NCBI GenBank assembly: GCA_012959805.1
Contig: DUCN01000098.1
Span: forward strand, 69,646 to 133,645
DNA: 64,000 nucleotides
Reading direction: 5' to 3'
Source: Myxococcales bacterium
GTDB taxonomy: Bacteria > Myxococcota_A > UBA9160 > UBA4427
Shown here: piece after piece, positions 35,417-44,451 of the stretch
How the letters are laid out: each line of letters begins with the position of its first letter
How positions within the stretch are numbered: the stretch's first letter is position 1
Translations under genes and position numbers: made by a program
The notes under the pieces: generated by a model
What the model was told of the DNA's origin: nothing
Seen by the model: only the letters and a program-made list of their open reading frames with translations
The model's database searches: none

Positions 35417-36613
35417 ATGTCCAATCTTCCAGATGAACCCACCAATCGCGGCAGCGCAACGAGCTCCGTACATGCCGGCGAACTCCGTCAGCAAGAAGCC
35501 AACGCGATCACGACGCCCATCTACCAGACCTCGACCTTCTGGTTTCGCAATTCAAAGGAAGTCACGGACTACCAGGAAGGAAAGTCCAAGCGCGAAGAAT
35601 ACGGTCGCTACGGAAATCCGACTTGGCGTTCCGTCGAGCGAAAGATCAGCGCCCTCGAAGGCGGGGAAGAAACCATTCTCTTCGCCTCCGGCATGTGCGC
35701 GGCCACGACGACTTTCATGGCGCTCCTGCCCGCAGGCAGCCATCTCATCGTCACAAGCGACTGCTATCGGCGTACGCGCCAGTTCATCAAGCAATTCTTG
35801 TCTCGAATGGGCGTCGAAACGACGATCATCGAACCGAGCAATCTCGAGGCCTTCGCGTCCGCGATCCGCCCTAACACAAAGATCTTCTTCACCGAGTCAC
35901 CGACGAATCCTTATCTTCGCGTCATCGATGTCCCCGCGTTCACCAAGCTGGCGCACGAAAAGGGCGTGAAGGTCATCATTGATTCGACCTTCGCCACTCC
36001 GGTGAATCACAAGGCACTCTCGGACGGCGCCGATCTCGTTCTGCACAGTGCTACCAAATATCTGGGCGGACATAATGACCTGCTCGCCGGCACGGTGACT
36101 GGGCCGAGAGAGTTGATCGAACCGATTCGGAGTGCGCTGGGCGTGTTGGGTGGCATCATCGATGCCCACGCTGCCTGGCTATTGTTGCGCGGGATCAAAA
36201 CGCTGGACATCCGAATGGAGCGGCACAATTCGAATGGCCTCTCCCTCGCCCGACATTTAGAAGCCCACCCGATGATCCGAAAGGTCTGGTACCCGGGGCT
36301 CGAGAGCCATCCCGATCATGAGATCGCCGAGCGGATCATGAACGGCGCGGGCGGCGTCGTCACTTTCGAGATCGAGACCGACCTCGCAGGCGCGATGCGC
36401 TTCATCGATGCCACGACAATTCCGTATCAGGCACCAAGCCTTGGGGGGGTCGAAAGTCTGATCGAATTGCCTGTGACGATGTCGTTTTGGGACGTTCCAA
36501 AGGAAAAGCGTGAGGAACTCGGCATTACCGAAAGCCTGGTGCGTTATGCCTGTGGGATCGAAAACGCCGTCGACATCATCGCCGACATCGATCAAGCCCT
36601 CACAAAGGTCTAG
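35417..36613 (+). CDS. Cys/Met-metabolism PLP-dependent enzyme (cystathionine gamma-synthase / beta-lyase family)
   Basis: PIYQTSTF, and SATKYLGGHNDLLAG (PLP lysine). GAGAGG lies before the ATG at 35417; earlier in-frame starts exist at 35339 and 35393. Confidence 0.9.
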   Translation: MSNLPDEPTNRGSATSSVHAGELRQQEANAITTPIYQTSTFWFRNSKEVTDYQEGKSKREEYGRYGNPTWRSVERKISALEGGEETILFASGMCAATTTFMALLPAGSHLIVTSDCYRRTRQFIKQFLSRMGVETTIIEPSNLEAFASAIRPNTKIFFTESPTNPYLRVIDVPAFTKLAHEKGVKVIIDSTFATPVNHKALSDGADLVLHSATKYLGGHNDLLAGTVTGPRELIEPIRSALGVLGGIIDAHAAWLLLRGIKTLDIRMERHNSNGLSLARHLEAHPMIRKVWYPGLESHPDHEIAERIMNGAGGVVTFEIETDLAGAMRFIDATTIPYQAPSLGGVESLIELPVTMSFWDVPKEKREELGITESLVRYACGIENAVDIIADIDQALTKV

Positions 36614-36640
36614 GCGACCTCGAGGCTAGAGGCGCCGCAG

Positions 36641-37183
36641 CTAGAAAAGTCTCTTCTGCGCCGGCGATGGGTCGGAATGTCCCGATTCCATCGCCAGCAG
36701 TCGGGCCTTGAGTTCGAGCCCACCTGCATAACCCTGCAGCGCACCCCCTCGCGCGATCACACGATGGCAGGGAATCACGAGGGGAATCGGGTTCGCGCCG
36801 TTCGCCGCACCGACCGCGCGAACAGCCTTAGGCTTGTCAATGGCATTCGCAATGTCGGAATAGGACACCGTTTCCCCGTAGCCAATCTTTCCGACCTGCT
36901 GGTAGACGGCGAGCTGAAAATCCGTCGCACGCATGTCCAAGTCCATTGTGAACTCGCAACGCTCCCCGGACATAAACTCCATGAGCTGATCGATCACGCC
37001 ATCATGCGCGGCGCGTCGATCGAGGACTTTCGCATCATGGGCATGCGTTTTCTTCCAGCCTTCAAAACCGCGCCCGCTCTCGTTGGGAAGTTCGATATAG
37101 ACCAGACCTTTTTCGCTACTCACGATTCGAAGAGAACCAAGGGGCGTCTTGAAGCGGGTCGTAAAGAGAACTTCCATTGGCAT
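36641..37183 (-). CDS. ogt: methylated-DNA-protein-cysteine methyltransferase
   Basis: Active-site PCHRV, SYSDIA..., and an N-terminal ribonuclease-like domain. Confidence 0.9.
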   Translation of the reverse strand: MPMEVLFTTRFKTPLGSLRIVSSEKGLVYIELPNESGRGFEGWKKTHAHDAKVLDRRAAHDGVIDQLMEFMSGERCEFTMDLDMRATDFQLAVYQQVGKIGYGETVSYSDIANAIDKPKAVRAVGAANGANPIPLVIPCHRVIARGGALQGYAGGLELKARLLAMESGHSDPSPAQKRLF

Positions 37184-37229
37184 GCGGATATTCTACCGGA
37201 CGCCGCGACGAATCAAACAAAGATGGGGC

Positions 37230-38774
37230 TCATTCCTCGTCAGTTTCGGACGCGGCTTCCGGGCGCTTCAACTCCTCGGCGGGAATCTCGAGGCGTTTAA
37301 TCATCTTCTGAAGCGATTGACGGGGGATCCCTAGTTTCTCAGCGGCCCCGCTCTTGCTGCCGGCCTCACGAACCGCGAGAATCAACATCCGCCGTTTGAG
37401 CGCATCAACTGAGCGATTGAGATCCCAATCGTCAACGGCCGCAAAACTCTCAGCGTCGACGGGTCCACGGGATCCGCCACGGCCATCGCCCCGGGCCGTC
37501 GCGCCACCCCGAACGTGTGCCGAGAGATTATCAACGCCAATCGTTTCCTCAGGCCCCGCCAGCGCCGTGATCCGCTCGATTTCGTTCGCGAGCTCCCGGA
37601 CGTTTCCCGGCCAGGCGTAGGCCACCAGAATATCCATCGCGGCGTTCGAGAATCCAAGAAATTCCCGCCGAACCTTCGCCCCGGCCTCATCGAGAAAATG
37701 ATGCGCCAGAGCGGGAATATCCGAACTCCGCTCCCGCAGCGGTGGCAGCTCGATCTCGACAACTCGCAGCCGGTAATAAAGATCTTCTCGAAAACGACCC
37801 TCTTCGACGCACTTTTTCAGATCGCGATTCGTCGCCGCAAGGACCCTGACATCGACCTTCCGGGTTTCGGACGAGCCCAATTGCCGAATTTCACCGTCTT
37901 GCAGCACCCGCAAGAGTCGGACTTGCATCCCGGGCTCCGTCTCGCCGACCTCATCGAGGAAAATCGTGCCGCCGTCGGCCAGTTCGAAAAGTCCCTTTTT
38001 GTCGGCGTGGGCCCCCGTGAACGCTCCGCGCTTATGGCCAAAGAGTTCGCTTTCGAGCAAGGTTTCCGGCAGCGCACCACAATTTTGCGCCACGAATTTC
38101 CCTTCCTTGCGCGGTCCGGAATAATGGATCGCACGCGCGAGCAAGTCCTTGCCTGTGCCGGTTTCCCCGGTGAGCAATACCGTCGCATCGGTCTGGGACA
38201 CCTTGTCGGTTACGTCAAAGATCTTCTGCATTGCGGGCGCGTCACCGATGATCCCGTCGAAGGAATAACGCGCCTCGACCTCGCGACGCAGATAGACATT
38301 CTCCGCCTGCAGCCGCTCGTTTGCTACCGCCAAGGCGTCGGCGAGCTTTGCGTTCTCATTCGACAGCTCGTAGACCTCGAGCGCGCGCTTCACATTGATT
38401 CGCAGCTCGTCCGGCTCCCAGGGCTTTGGCAGATAGCGATAGATGCGGCCGTCATTGATTGCGCGAATGAGCGAGGGCATATCCGCATAGCCCGTAAGCA
38501 TCATGCGGATCGCACGGGGATTGCGCTCGATGACCTTCTCGAGGAACTCGACACCGCTCATCCCGGGCATGACTTGATCGGAGATGACGAGCGAAATGTT
38601 CTCGCGATCGAGAACCTCAAGGCCCTTCTCGCCACTATTGACCGCGAAGATTTCGTACTCGACGCCAAGGGTGTAGGAAAGGGACTCGAGAATCGCGTCC
38701 TCGTCATCAACGACGAGGATCCCGTAGCGATGTGTTTCACCAGTGGGACGTGCGCTCTCGATTTCGCTCATCAC
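37230..38774 (-). CDS. sigma-54-dependent response regulator (NtrC family)
   Basis: Receiver domain (ILVVDDE, ...SDQVMPGMSG), AAA+ domain with GETGTGKD and the GAFTGA motif, and a C-terminal Fis-type HTH. Confidence 0.9.
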   Translation of the reverse strand: MMSEIESARPTGETHRYGILVVDDEDAILESLSYTLGVEYEIFAVNSGEKGLEVLDRENISLVISDQVMPGMSGVEFLEKVIERNPRAIRMMLTGYADMPSLIRAINDGRIYRYLPKPWEPDELRINVKRALEVYELSNENAKLADALAVANERLQAENVYLRREVEARYSFDGIIGDAPAMQKIFDVTDKVSQTDATVLLTGETGTGKDLLARAIHYSGPRKEGKFVAQNCGALPETLLESELFGHKRGAFTGAHADKKGLFELADGGTIFLDEVGETEPGMQVRLLRVLQDGEIRQLGSSETRKVDVRVLAATNRDLKKCVEEGRFREDLYYRLRVVEIELPPLRERSSDIPALAHHFLDEAGAKVRREFLGFSNAAMDILVAYAWPGNVRELANEIERITALAGPEETIGVDNLSAHVRGGATARGDGRGGSRGPVDAESFAAVDDWDLNRSVDALKRRMLILAVREAGSKSGAAEKLGIPRQSLQKMIKRLEIPAEELKRPEAASETDEE

Positions 38775-38797
38775 GGAACCATATCGTAGGATCCCGA

Positions 38798-39172
38798 TCA
38801 GCCGCTCTTTCGCGCAGTGACCTTGATCTCCGCCCGGGTGCCGGGAATGACCAGTGACGAAATCCCGATCCAGGTGGACGCCGGATAGGGTTCCTTGATG
38901 AACTCATCCTTGACCTCGGCCATCGCTCCGGCGTGCTTCGCCAGGTCAACGATATAGAGAGTCGAATCAATGATGTCCTCGAAGCCCACTCCGGCTTCGC
39001 GCAAGATCTCGCCAAGTGACTCCCAGGCGCTTCGGAACTCTTCTTCGGGTGTGTCGCCCTGACCGATGACTCCGGAACAGAAAATCAAATCACCATGTCG
39101 AACGGCCGGTGCAAAATGCCAGCTCTCGTAGGTCTTGCGCGAGGATTTCGGAACGATTACATCGATGCCCAT
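38798..39172 (-). CDS. RidA/YjgF-family protein
   Basis: 124 aa with the RidA pattern (..VFCSGVIG.., ..PASTWIGISSLV.PG..EI). Confidence 0.85.
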   Translation of the reverse strand: MGIDVIVPKSSRKTYESWHFAPAVRHGDLIFCSGVIGQGDTPEEEFRSAWESLGEILREAGVGFEDIIDSTLYIVDLAKHAGAMAEVKDEFIKEPYPASTWIGISSLVIPGTRAEIKVTARKSG

Positions 39173-39331
39173 TGGATTTTCTCCTTTGATTCAAGAACAG
39201 GGGCTGAGCGTGATCGACGGGGACTCGTTCGAGCCGCCGTCATGCAGTCGATGCAAAATCGTAGCGTGCTAAAAAGACGAAGGGTTGCTTCGAATGACCG
39301 GCGCCCATACGAGTGACCCAAAGCAAGTGCC

Positions 39332-40108
39332 CTATCGCTTGCGCAGCCACCAGATCTGCTCGGACGGAAACTGCTTCGCCCAATCCGCGGACACCGAATA
39401 GGGAGCCCCCGTCGCCTCCTTCGGCGCCTCCACTTCTGTGTAGTCGACGATCTCGAAACCTGTTTCATGAAAGAGCTTGATCCAGGCGGAGGGCATCAGG
39501 GTGAACTCGATGCCACCGGGATCATCGACGGCTTCTCTCCAATCCAGTCGAAACTGACCGAAGTAGGGCTGCTCGAGATTTCGAGTCAGTGGGGCCGAGC
39601 CGTCCACAGGAGAACAGACCGCTGTCAGGATATGGCTGCCCAAGAATGCGAGCTGACCACCAGGCGACAGAAGTCGATGCGCCTCGGGGATCCAGACATA
39701 GGGGTCGGCCCAGATCGCGGCACCATATTCGCTGACTGCGAAATCAAAGGACGCATCAGGCTTGTCGACGGTCTCCGCATTTCCGTGAATGAGTTCGAGC
39801 GGAATTTCATGCTCGCGCGAGAGTCGGGCGGCCGTCGCGAGCTGACGCTCGGAATTGTCGATCCCAGTCACCCTCGCACCGCGTCGAGCCATCCACGCAG
39901 AGACATAACCGGTCCCGCATCCGAGTTCGATCGCACGCAGGCCCTCCATGTCGCCGGGCAGCAGGCTGATCTCCGAATCTGGAATCCCCCATTGTCCCCA
40001 GACAGGAATCGTGCGCGCCCAGCCCCGCTCGCCTGCTTCGACCCACTGGTCGGCCATGCCGTCCCAATACGCCCGATTCTCAGCAACATGTTCTGGAAGC
40101 GACGTCAT
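39332..40108 (-). CDS. class I SAM-dependent methyltransferase
   Basis: Motif I ELGCGTGYVS and motif post-I VTGIDNS. An ATG at 40138 is an alternative start. Confidence 0.85.
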   Translation of the reverse strand: MTSLPEHVAENRAYWDGMADQWVEAGERGWARTIPVWGQWGIPDSEISLLPGDMEGLRAIELGCGTGYVSAWMARRGARVTGIDNSERQLATAARLSREHEIPLELIHGNAETVDKPDASFDFAVSEYGAAIWADPYVWIPEAHRLLSPGGQLAFLGSHILTAVCSPVDGSAPLTRNLEQPYFGQFRLDWREAVDDPGGIEFTLMPSAWIKLFHETGFEIVDYTEVEAPKEATGAPYSVSADWAKQFPSEQIWWLRKR

Positions 40109-40162
40109 AGACGCATCCTCATTGACAATCTCCCTCAACTCCCGCGCTCTCGCGGCTTTCCT

Positions 40163-40552
40163 TTATTCAATCTTGATCTGTCCGGGCACGATCAATTCAA
40201 TGATGTGGCCATCGGGATCGCAGATCCACATCTGACCCGCCTTTCGGCTCTCGACGACTTCGAAGTTCTGGTCCCGTAGTTGCGAAAGTGCGTCCTCGTA
40301 ATCCTCGATCGCGAAGGCCGCATGCCGCGCCAGAGGATTAAGTGATGGCGGAGTCTCTCCAACATCCGCACCGGCGGGTGTTTCGATGAGATGGACTTCG
40401 CAATCGCCCGCGGCGTACCAGATGCCTCGAAGCCCGCCCAGATCAGGCCTGGGAATCGGATTCAACCCGAGAACATTCTCGTAAAACGCTCGCGAACGAT
40501 CCAGATCGCTCACGGGAAAGGACATGTGATGAGCCGATATTTTGATGGCCAT
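40163..40552 (-). CDS. VOC/glyoxalase-family protein
   Basis: HHMSFPVSDLDRSRAFYENVLGL ... DPDGHIIEL. Confidence 0.85.
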   Translation of the reverse strand: MAIKISAHHMSFPVSDLDRSRAFYENVLGLNPIPRPDLGGLRGIWYAAGDCEVHLIETPAGADVGETPPSLNPLARHAAFAIEDYEDALSQLRDQNFEVVESRKAGQMWICDPDGHIIELIVPGQIKIE

Positions 40553-40709
40553 GCAATCTCCTCAATATTCCTAAAAATTCTAGCCGAAGCCGAGTTCTGG
40601 CTCTCCTTCGAAGGTCGATTCAGTGTAATCGACAATCGAAGCACACTCACTTTCGGCAACGGACTGTCTGCCGTCAATGGATTCTGCATCTCGTAGTATC
40701 TAGAAGCCA

Positions 40710-40763
40710 CCTCGCGGACACGACGCGAGGAGCTTGAGGATTCGAGTCCCTCCCAATCTCCAC
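40710..40763 (+). other. tRNA-like 3' fragment (anticodon-arm-like hairpin + near-perfect T-arm + acceptor-like tail), not a complete tRNA
   Basis: CCTCGCG-GACACGA-CGCGAGG (7-bp stem, 7-nt loop), a 5-nt spacer, GAGGA-TTCGAGT-CCCTC (T-arm with one A/C mismatch), then CCAATCT-C-CA. No matching 5' acceptor strand or D-arm lies upstream. The loop lacks U33. Confidence 0.2.
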
Positions 40764-40791
40764 TCAATCATCCAATCAATCCCCTCCGAAG

Positions 40792-41261
40792 ATGGGCGCC
40801 ATTCTGGTCAGCGAGCAAATCGCGAACCGTTATGCGAAAAGGCTGGCTTCGATCGCCCCGGACCGAGACCTTGTCGTGCTTGGACCCGATGGACTTCGCA
40901 GCCCACTCGAGGATCAGCGCGAGCACCGATGGGGACGACAGATTTCCCACGATCTCGAAGGAACAACCCTCCCCGTACTCGGCCTCGGTCCAATCGGACT
41001 CGAGGTCGGTCGGGCTGGGGCGGGGCGGCTCTGCGTGGCCGTGCCCCTGACCCCGGAAACTCGCCATCTGATTGACAAGGCCTGCCTAACGCAGATGAAG
41101 TCGGACTGGGCGAATTGCTCCACGAGCCCGCGCTCATCGAAACTCTCACGAACGGAACGCTTAAGGGTGCCATACTCGATGTTTTCGAAGCAGAACCTCT
41201 GCCGGAGTCAAATCCGCTTTGGGATCTACCCAATGTCATCGTCACGCCACACTGCGACTGA
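40792..41261 (+). pseudogene. D-isomer-specific 2-hydroxyacid dehydrogenase relic
   Basis: Recognisable blocks: GTTLPVLGLGPIG (NAD site), VPLTPETRHLIDKACLTQMK, then after a frame change ELLHEPALIETLTNGTLKGAILDVFEAEPLPESNPLWDLPNVIVTPHCD*. All are compressed into 470 nt, versus about 950 nt expected. Confidence 0.6.
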
Positions 41262-41276
41262 CGTCACCCGCTCGAT

Positions 41277-42092
41277 CTATTGAAGAGCGGCCCTGCAGTT
41301 CGCAGCACCAGCCACGATCTTTTCAAACTCGTCGAACTCTCGATAGCGAGCACCGTGAACAAGGCTCGTGACCCCCACCTCGCGCATTGCATTCGCAAGC
41401 TCGACCGCCTTCTCAGGTTCGGAGAGCGGTAGCCCCGTCATGACTTTCACTTCCGGCGTGGCCTTGCCTGCCTTAGCCGCCAGCTCGTTCAGTTGCAGAA
41501 TCGGTTCGCGCAGCTTCTCCGGGTCCCTGGCCATCGGCATCCAGCCGTCACCGTACTCGACCGTGCGCTCGAGTGCGTAGGGAATGCCGCCACCGATATA
41601 GATGGGCGGACATTCCGGACGCGGCAAGAAAAGGAATGACTGCCCATTCGATTCAACTTCATCTTCCTCGAAACAGCGTCGAATAAATGCCAACCCCTCA
41701 TTTGTTAGGCGTCCTCTCTTCGCCCGAGCAACACCCAGCGCGCGAAATTCGGCACCCATCCAACCCACGCCAACCCCGAGGCGAAGGCGACCTTGCGACA
41801 GTTCCTGGACGGTCGCGATCGCCTTGGCCGTCGGCAAGGGCGCGCGATAGGGAATGTTGAGCACCCCCGTCCCGAGGCCAATCGATTCTGTGCAGGCGGC
41901 GAGATAGGCGAGGGTCGTGAGCGGATCGAGATAGCGACCTCCCGATCCCTCGGCGTCGTCGGGGGGAATCGCGATATGATCCTGGATCCAGAGATCGTCG
42001 AGTCCGGCCCGCTCGGCTGCCTGTGCGCATCGGGCCATCAGGTCACGACTTGACTCGGGTCCTTTGTTGCTCACGGTGATGCCTAACTTCAA
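41277..42092 (-). CDS. luciferase-like (LLM) flavin/F420-dependent oxidoreductase
   Basis: LLM pattern: GLDDLWIQDHI, LGTGVLN.PYR.P, LRLGVGVGW. Confidence 0.85.
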   Translation of the reverse strand: MKLGITVSNKGPESSRDLMARCAQAAERAGLDDLWIQDHIAIPPDDAEGSGGRYLDPLTTLAYLAACTESIGLGTGVLNIPYRAPLPTAKAIATVQELSQGRLRLGVGVGWMGAEFRALGVARAKRGRLTNEGLAFIRRCFEEDEVESNGQSFLFLPRPECPPIYIGGGIPYALERTVEYGDGWMPMARDPEKLREPILQLNELAAKAGKATPEVKVMTGLPLSEPEKAVELANAMREVGVTSLVHGARYREFDEFEKIVAGAANCRAALQ

Positions 42093-42166
42093 ATCCGCTC
42101 CTCATGGCCGCGAAGGTAACGCGCGGATTCTGACGGCAGCCCGGCATGGGCCGGCCCACTATCCCC

Positions 42167-43255
42167 TCAACAGTTGAAGGCCGCCGGATTGGCCGGCAAA
42201 TGATCGAAAACCCCGGCCGGCCGCGATCCGCGATACTGCGCCACAATGCATTCGAGTTGTGTGGGGCTCGCGCCATGCAAGATCACGCCGTCACACCCAA
42301 GGGCGAATTGGTTTCGGATCGCGTCGACACACTGCTCGGGCGTTCCCGTGGCCGAAGCCGCCAGCCACTCTTCGGGTATGAGCGTCGCGACGTGGTCGAG
42401 TTCGTCACTCGTTGCGGTCATATCAAGCCCCCCACGAAAATTCTGGATGAAGTCATCCGCTCTGAAGCGTGCCAGGATCGCGGGATCCCAATCATTGGTC
42501 TTCACCAGCAGATCACCGTAGCCCTGCAGATAGGTTGCCAGGCGCCCAACAGTCTTCTTCCGCCGCAACGCTTCTGGAAGATGATCCCCAATTGTCGCAA
42601 AGCACGACCAGACACGAACGCTTTCAGGATCCCTTCCGGCTTCCTCCGCTGCGCGCTTGACAGTCTTCACGCAGCGCTCGGTCGTTTCCTCCGTGAAAAA
42701 GGTATGCAGTACGACCGCGTCAAATGCACGGCCGCCTAACGCGAGGGAGTTCGGTCCAAACGCAGTAAACGTCATGGGAATATGGGCCTCGTATTGTGGC
42801 CCCATCATGAGGAGTGGGTACTCACCAGCAGGACCGTCATGGCCGACGACGAACTCGCCCTTCCAGATACGCCGCATCAGTCCGACGAAGTCTTCGATCT
42901 GCGCCGTCGTAATCGGCTCGAGCCCGTAAGCCTTGAAGAGCGGATCTATGCCGCGTCCGAGTCCCAGGGAAAAACGTCCGCCGGTTAGCTGGTGCATGGT
43001 CATCGCGAAGGCGGCCGTCACCATCGGGTGTCGCGTCGTATGATTTGTCGCAGCGGTCGCGATCCCAATCTTTCGGCTGACGGCGCCGACCGCTCCCGAA
43101 AGCGTCGCCGCTTCCTTGATGTTGAATCGCTCGGAAATGAAGCAGGCGCCAATGCCGAGCGCCTCAGCCTGCTCGACTTCCTCGATCAAGTCTCGTGGAC
43201 TCTCGGGCTGTCCGGCAAGGGTGTAAAATCCCAGCTCGTTCATGTTATTCAGCAT
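42167..43255 (-). CDS. luciferase-like (LLM) flavin/F420-dependent oxidoreductase
   Basis: LLM pattern: ALGIGACFISERF, GRFSLGLGRG. 362 aa. Confidence 0.85.
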   Translation of the reverse strand: MLNNMNELGFYTLAGQPESPRDLIEEVEQAEALGIGACFISERFNIKEAATLSGAVGAVSRKIGIATAATNHTTRHPMVTAAFAMTMHQLTGGRFSLGLGRGIDPLFKAYGLEPITTAQIEDFVGLMRRIWKGEFVVGHDGPAGEYPLLMMGPQYEAHIPMTFTAFGPNSLALGGRAFDAVVLHTFFTEETTERCVKTVKRAAEEAGRDPESVRVWSCFATIGDHLPEALRRKKTVGRLATYLQGYGDLLVKTNDWDPAILARFRADDFIQNFRGGLDMTATSDELDHVATLIPEEWLAASATGTPEQCVDAIRNQFALGCDGVILHGASPTQLECIVAQYRGSRPAGVFDHLPANPAAFNC

Positions 43256-43276
43256 ACAACCTCTGCTGGGTTCGGA

Positions 43277-44263
43277 TCAGCGCGCGTCGACTGACGCTTC
43301 GACGCGATCGAGGATAAGTGATTCAAGTTTTACGCCGTCCAGCGCATTGATCTCCTGCACCCCGGTTGGACTCGTCACATTGATCTCGGTCAGTTTTCCT
43401 CCGATGACATCGATGCCCACGAAGAAGAGGCCCTGGTCTTTCAGAAAGGGCCCGACCTTCGAGATGATCTTGCGGTCGGCGTCGTCAAGGGGCGCCTTGC
43501 TCGCGCGCCCCCCGACATGGAGGTTGGCACGGGTCTCGGAATCTGCGGGAACCCGAAGCACGGCACCGATCGGTTCCCCTTCAAGCAATAGGATGCGCTT
43601 GTCGCCCTCACGAATGGCGGGAAGGTATTGCTGGGCCATGATCGCGCGAGACCCGAAATCCGTGGCCTGTTCGAGGATCGAACTGAGATTGCGATCGTCT
43701 GCGGTGAGATGAAAAATCCCCTCACCCCCTTTTCCGTCCAGGGGCTTCACGATCATCTGACCACCGTTCTCAGCCATGAATCCGCGCAGCTCGGAGATTC
43801 GCTGGGTGACCCGGGTCGCTGGCATGAGGTCGGCGAACTGAACGGCGAGGAGCTTCTCATTGAAGGCGATGACTGAGGCAGGCCGGTTCAGGACGATCGT
43901 ACGCTTACAGATATCGAGAATCTGGGTGGCAATGATGAAATCCCGGTCGACGGGCGGGTCCTTTCGCTGGAAGGCCACGTCGATTTCTCGATCAAAATCG
44001 AAGACTCGTGCCTCCCCCCGTTGGACGGGTTCATCCGTCCCGAGAGCGAGCGTGATCTCCACAGCCTCCGCGAGAACCCGGCCCGCATCGACCTCGAGCT
44101 TCGCCGGGTCGACATAAAGGACACGATATCCGCGATCCTGAGCCTCCCGCATGAGAACAATCGTCGTCGAGCCCTCCATGGGCTCCGCTTCGACGGGGTC
44201 CATCACAAATGCGAGGGTCAGGAGGCGACGGGATCCCGTCTTTGGTTCCATGATGAACTCCAT
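43277..44263 (-). CDS. gshB: glutathione synthetase (ATP-grasp)
   Basis: LAFVMDPVE...EGSTTIVLMREAQDRGY N-domain, ATP-grasp core (MIVKPLDGKGGEGIF), EINVTSPTG. The start could be 44251, 44263 or 44317. Confidence 0.85.
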   Translation of the reverse strand: MEFIMEPKTGSRRLLTLAFVMDPVEAEPMEGSTTIVLMREAQDRGYRVLYVDPAKLEVDAGRVLAEAVEITLALGTDEPVQRGEARVFDFDREIDVAFQRKDPPVDRDFIIATQILDICKRTIVLNRPASVIAFNEKLLAVQFADLMPATRVTQRISELRGFMAENGGQMIVKPLDGKGGEGIFHLTADDRNLSSILEQATDFGSRAIMAQQYLPAIREGDKRILLLEGEPIGAVLRVPADSETRANLHVGGRASKAPLDDADRKIISKVGPFLKDQGLFFVGIDVIGGKLTEINVTSPTGVQEINALDGVKLESLILDRVEASVDAR

Positions 44264-44451
44264 ATGCGCGGGGGTGTCAGACGCCGGGGTGCGCCAGCCA
44301 ATGGGAGCGCCAGCCAAGGGTCGGCGCCAGACAGGGGTGTCAGAATCGACGCCTCTCGCATTGCTCAGATATCCCGGAAGGCGCCTCGGTCACGGGTATC
44401 GGTAGCGCACCGGCGATGGCGTCGGCTAGTTTCTGCAGCTTCGGAGAACAA

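Noticed and set aside
40690-40763. A complete tRNA or tRNA-Sec gene at the T-arm-like sequence.
   Set aside because: There is no 5' acceptor strand complementary to CCAATCT and no D-arm. The anticodon-like loop GACACGA lacks U33 and has no UCA anticodon.
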